A DNA stretch of 64,000 bases from Massalongia carnosa. Lineage: Eukaryota. Positions 61,516-64,000 of this stretch are shown here, piece by piece. The stretch covers positions 1,984,001 to 2,048,000 of the forward strand of contig OZ287074.1 in assembly GCA_965645245.1 (NCBI GenBank), in the 5' to 3' direction. Each line of letters begins with the position of its first letter. Positions within the stretch are counted from its first letter, which is position 1. Both the position numbers and the translations under genes were made by a program. Under the pieces are notes generated by a model, which saw only the letters and a program-made list of their open reading frames with translations, had not been told where the DNA came from and did no database searches.

Positions 61516-63297
61516 TCAAATCCCTCTACCAACCTCGGCGATTATCTCGGCCCATTTCTCGAGGAACTCCTGCATCTTGTCTCTTGGGTTCCGAACCGCG
61601 TTAAAAACCAGACAAAGGGTGAGGAGGCCGTTGTACGAATGGGATCGAGCGGACCTAATATCAGCACCGCGGTCAGCGCGCGAACACCAGCTGCGTTGGA
61701 ATTGCGAAGGGGGGAAGAGAGGGGGAGGGGACGGAGGTGCCTGCTTACACGACTGCCTGGATCTGGTCCGTGGCCAATTGGTACGACTTGAGAACGAAGG
61801 TTAGACCGTCATGACCCGAGATAGGGTAGGTGCCACGTAATCCCTGAGAGCCCGGGGGATCGGATGAAAATGTCGGGCAAGTCCTTGGCTTGGTAGCGCT
61901 AGGCTTGAGGGAGTTCCTGTGACAGGGTGAGTTAAGAAGGCACGAACAGACTCGATGGATTTCCTGCGTTGACCGACCTGTTGTTTGTGATTGACTCGAT
62001 GAGCGCTTTAGCATCGGATTCGACCGTTCTTGCTAGTCCTTTCTTCTTCTTGATCGCCTCCCATTGATTGCTGATGCATGCAGCTGCTTTCCAGAATCCG
62101 TCGTCATTGCCCTCCACCTCAGTCTGGAACAGGTTACAAGGGACTTTCATTGCCTGGATGGCAACGGCGCTATTCACGTATCTCGTGCGGTCACAGTATT
62201 CGGAAATGAGGTGACCATTGCGCAGATCCATAGGCGAGCCGCTATTGTATACGTCTTCCGAACTTGGCTTGATATCGGACATTTCGTAGACCGCTTTCAG
62301 CATTGCCGCATGGAGGATGCCAGTGAGCTTTACCCCGTGTTTGCGACCAATGATTAGGAGTTGTGGAAGAAAGCTGGGGTCCTCAAAAGTGTGAGAGACC
62401 AAAAGAGTTCCTCGCTGCTCCGGCTTGAGGCCGAGAATATCTGGCCGATAAACAGGAAGTCCAACGTCGGGCTGTACGAAGTCATGAGTCAACTACGCCA
62501 CGGCATTTGAATTGAAGTTGCGCGGGTGGTATATATACCTTATGGAACCCCTTCAGTCTCTGTTCAGGCACCAGCGGCATGGGTGTGCTGTCAGCACTCT
62601 CTGGCTCGTCTACCTTCTCCAGGAGAACTGCAGCGGGCAGAAGTCTCTGAGTTTCTTCACCCCATACCATCTCATTATCGGGCAAAGGATCCGCTAGACG
62701 TTCAAGAAACTCATTCAGAATGACACGAATACCCGACCCGTCATTTAAGGCATGGTGCGTGTGCATGAGGACATCAAACGACTGTAGCTCCGGCTTTACT
62801 GTATCATCCGGTCGTACAATGAGGTAAAATAGACAACAATCACCGTCTGGTGTGGGTAGAGGTGACTCTCGGCTCAGGCGTTCCCTCAGCGCAAGCCAGC
62901 CCCCATCCTGACAGATGGTGAACACCGTTCTTTCTGCCCATTTCTCCACGCCCTCACTGGATTCGATATTATAAGAAACTTTTTCGCCGTCAGCCACACG
63001 AGCAGCAACTGTAGGGTACTTCCATCGGGTCTGGCAAAATGCATTAATCGCTCGAGTGTGCAAGCGCGAAATGTTGAAGGGCTTCAATTCGGACGAATAA
63101 CATCGACCCTGAAGCGAGATGCTGGCACCCATAAAGGGGCAGTTCTGGCCGTACATGTTTTGATTGAAGATGACAAACATGCGCTCAAGGCTGGTGAATT
63201 TTCGACTCATCGAATGAGAGCCGTCATTTGATTCCGCCCATGAGTACCCGAGTTGGTCTTGATTTTTGCACGAGGGCTCAGACACAGAATGCGGCAT
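61516..63297 (-). CDS. CoA-dependent acyltransferase, Tri3 (trichothecene 15-O-acetyltransferase)-like, multi-exon
   Basis: HxxxDG motif MHTHHALNDGSG; RWKYPTVAA; WGEETQRLLP; MDLRNGHL; YVNSAV; last exon ends AEVGRGI* at 61516-61518. Confidence 0.75.
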
Positions 63298-63736
63298 TGT
63301 GCAAGAGAGTCAGGCTCCGAGAAAAGATAAGCTATAGTGTGTGGGAGGAAGAGAATGGGAGCGAGGAAGAGATTAGGTGCGAGGAAGAGAATAGGTTTGA
63401 GGAAGAGTATCTGTAAGACAATGATTGCAATCTAAACCCGTTAAGATGACTCCTCTGTGGATGTATCTTTCAATGTCTTGTCGCCGATCAACTTTTGCTA
63501 ATCCCCACAACCAGGTCCCACGCCAACGCGTTATTCCTGCCTTAAAGTTTGGTTGATGGTAGAGGTACGGAGCAGAGATTACGGTTACCGATGAATCGTT
63601 TCGGCGCTCATGACAAGCGTTTGTGGTGACGATGACGACTTAAAAGACCCGTGAAATAATCATCCATGATGAGAGACATGTTTAATGCATACTGGTTGCC
63701 TTCGAATCGTATATCCGTGCTGTGTTCTTTAGTTCT

Positions 63737-63747
63737 TCGGTTTCCGA
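63737..63747. promoter_or_regulatory. AflR-type site TCGGTTTCCGA upstream of the acyltransferase
   Basis: TCG-N5-CGA; near match ACGGTTACCGA at 63581-63591. Confidence 0.6.
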
Positions 63748-64000
63748 AGCCATATATGCCTGATTGCCTTGTACACTGTAAGAAGGAATATCAGCCTTGG
63801 CATGCTAAATATAGTTTCATCAGCTCAAATTTGCTAGGTCTCTCTCTCAAATCCTGGAATGACAACGACTGCTGGACAACGAGGCCATGGTATACCAGGT
63901 TTGATTCACGCGGGGCTTTCCTTGTAGCGGCATTAAGTGTTTCGAATAGCAATTGCCCAAGTTCTTTCTCGTAGATGTATGTATTTAGGAAGAAATATCT

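Overview
Intron-containing DNA of a filamentous ascomycete. The left part (about 0.4-17 kb) is an accessory, decaying zone. It holds a TA-flanked pogo/Tc2-like DNA transposon carrying a perfect 16-bp x20 array, an intact GH5 endoglucanase, pseudogenes of a DUF3328/UstYa oxidase, an MM3350-like protein and a highly reducing PKS, and a NACHT-ankyrin (NLR-like) gene. From 18.1 kb to the right edge lies an aromatic-polyketide gene cluster. It has a non-reducing PKS (SAT-KS-AT-PT-ACP-ACP-TE), an AflR-type Zn2Cys6 regulator, a secreted beta-propeller protein, a nitroreductase, an MFS pump, a laccase, an Ayg1-type hydrolase, a LovD/beta-lactamase-type serine hydrolase, an FAD monooxygenase, an EthD protein and a Tri3-like acyltransferase. 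The most notable content is an embedded three-enzyme oxalate module: oxaloacetate acetylhydrolase, a Pcs60/AAE3-type oxalate-CoA ligase and a TPP-dependent oxalyl-CoA decarboxylase/2-hydroxyacyl-CoA lyase. Six divergent gene pairs each carry an AflR-type palindrome (TCG-N5-CGA, mostly TCGGTnnnCGA) in the shared promoter, including the oxalate genes, which suggests one regulon. Family assignments come from motif recognition by eye, without database searches, and exon boundaries were read manually.
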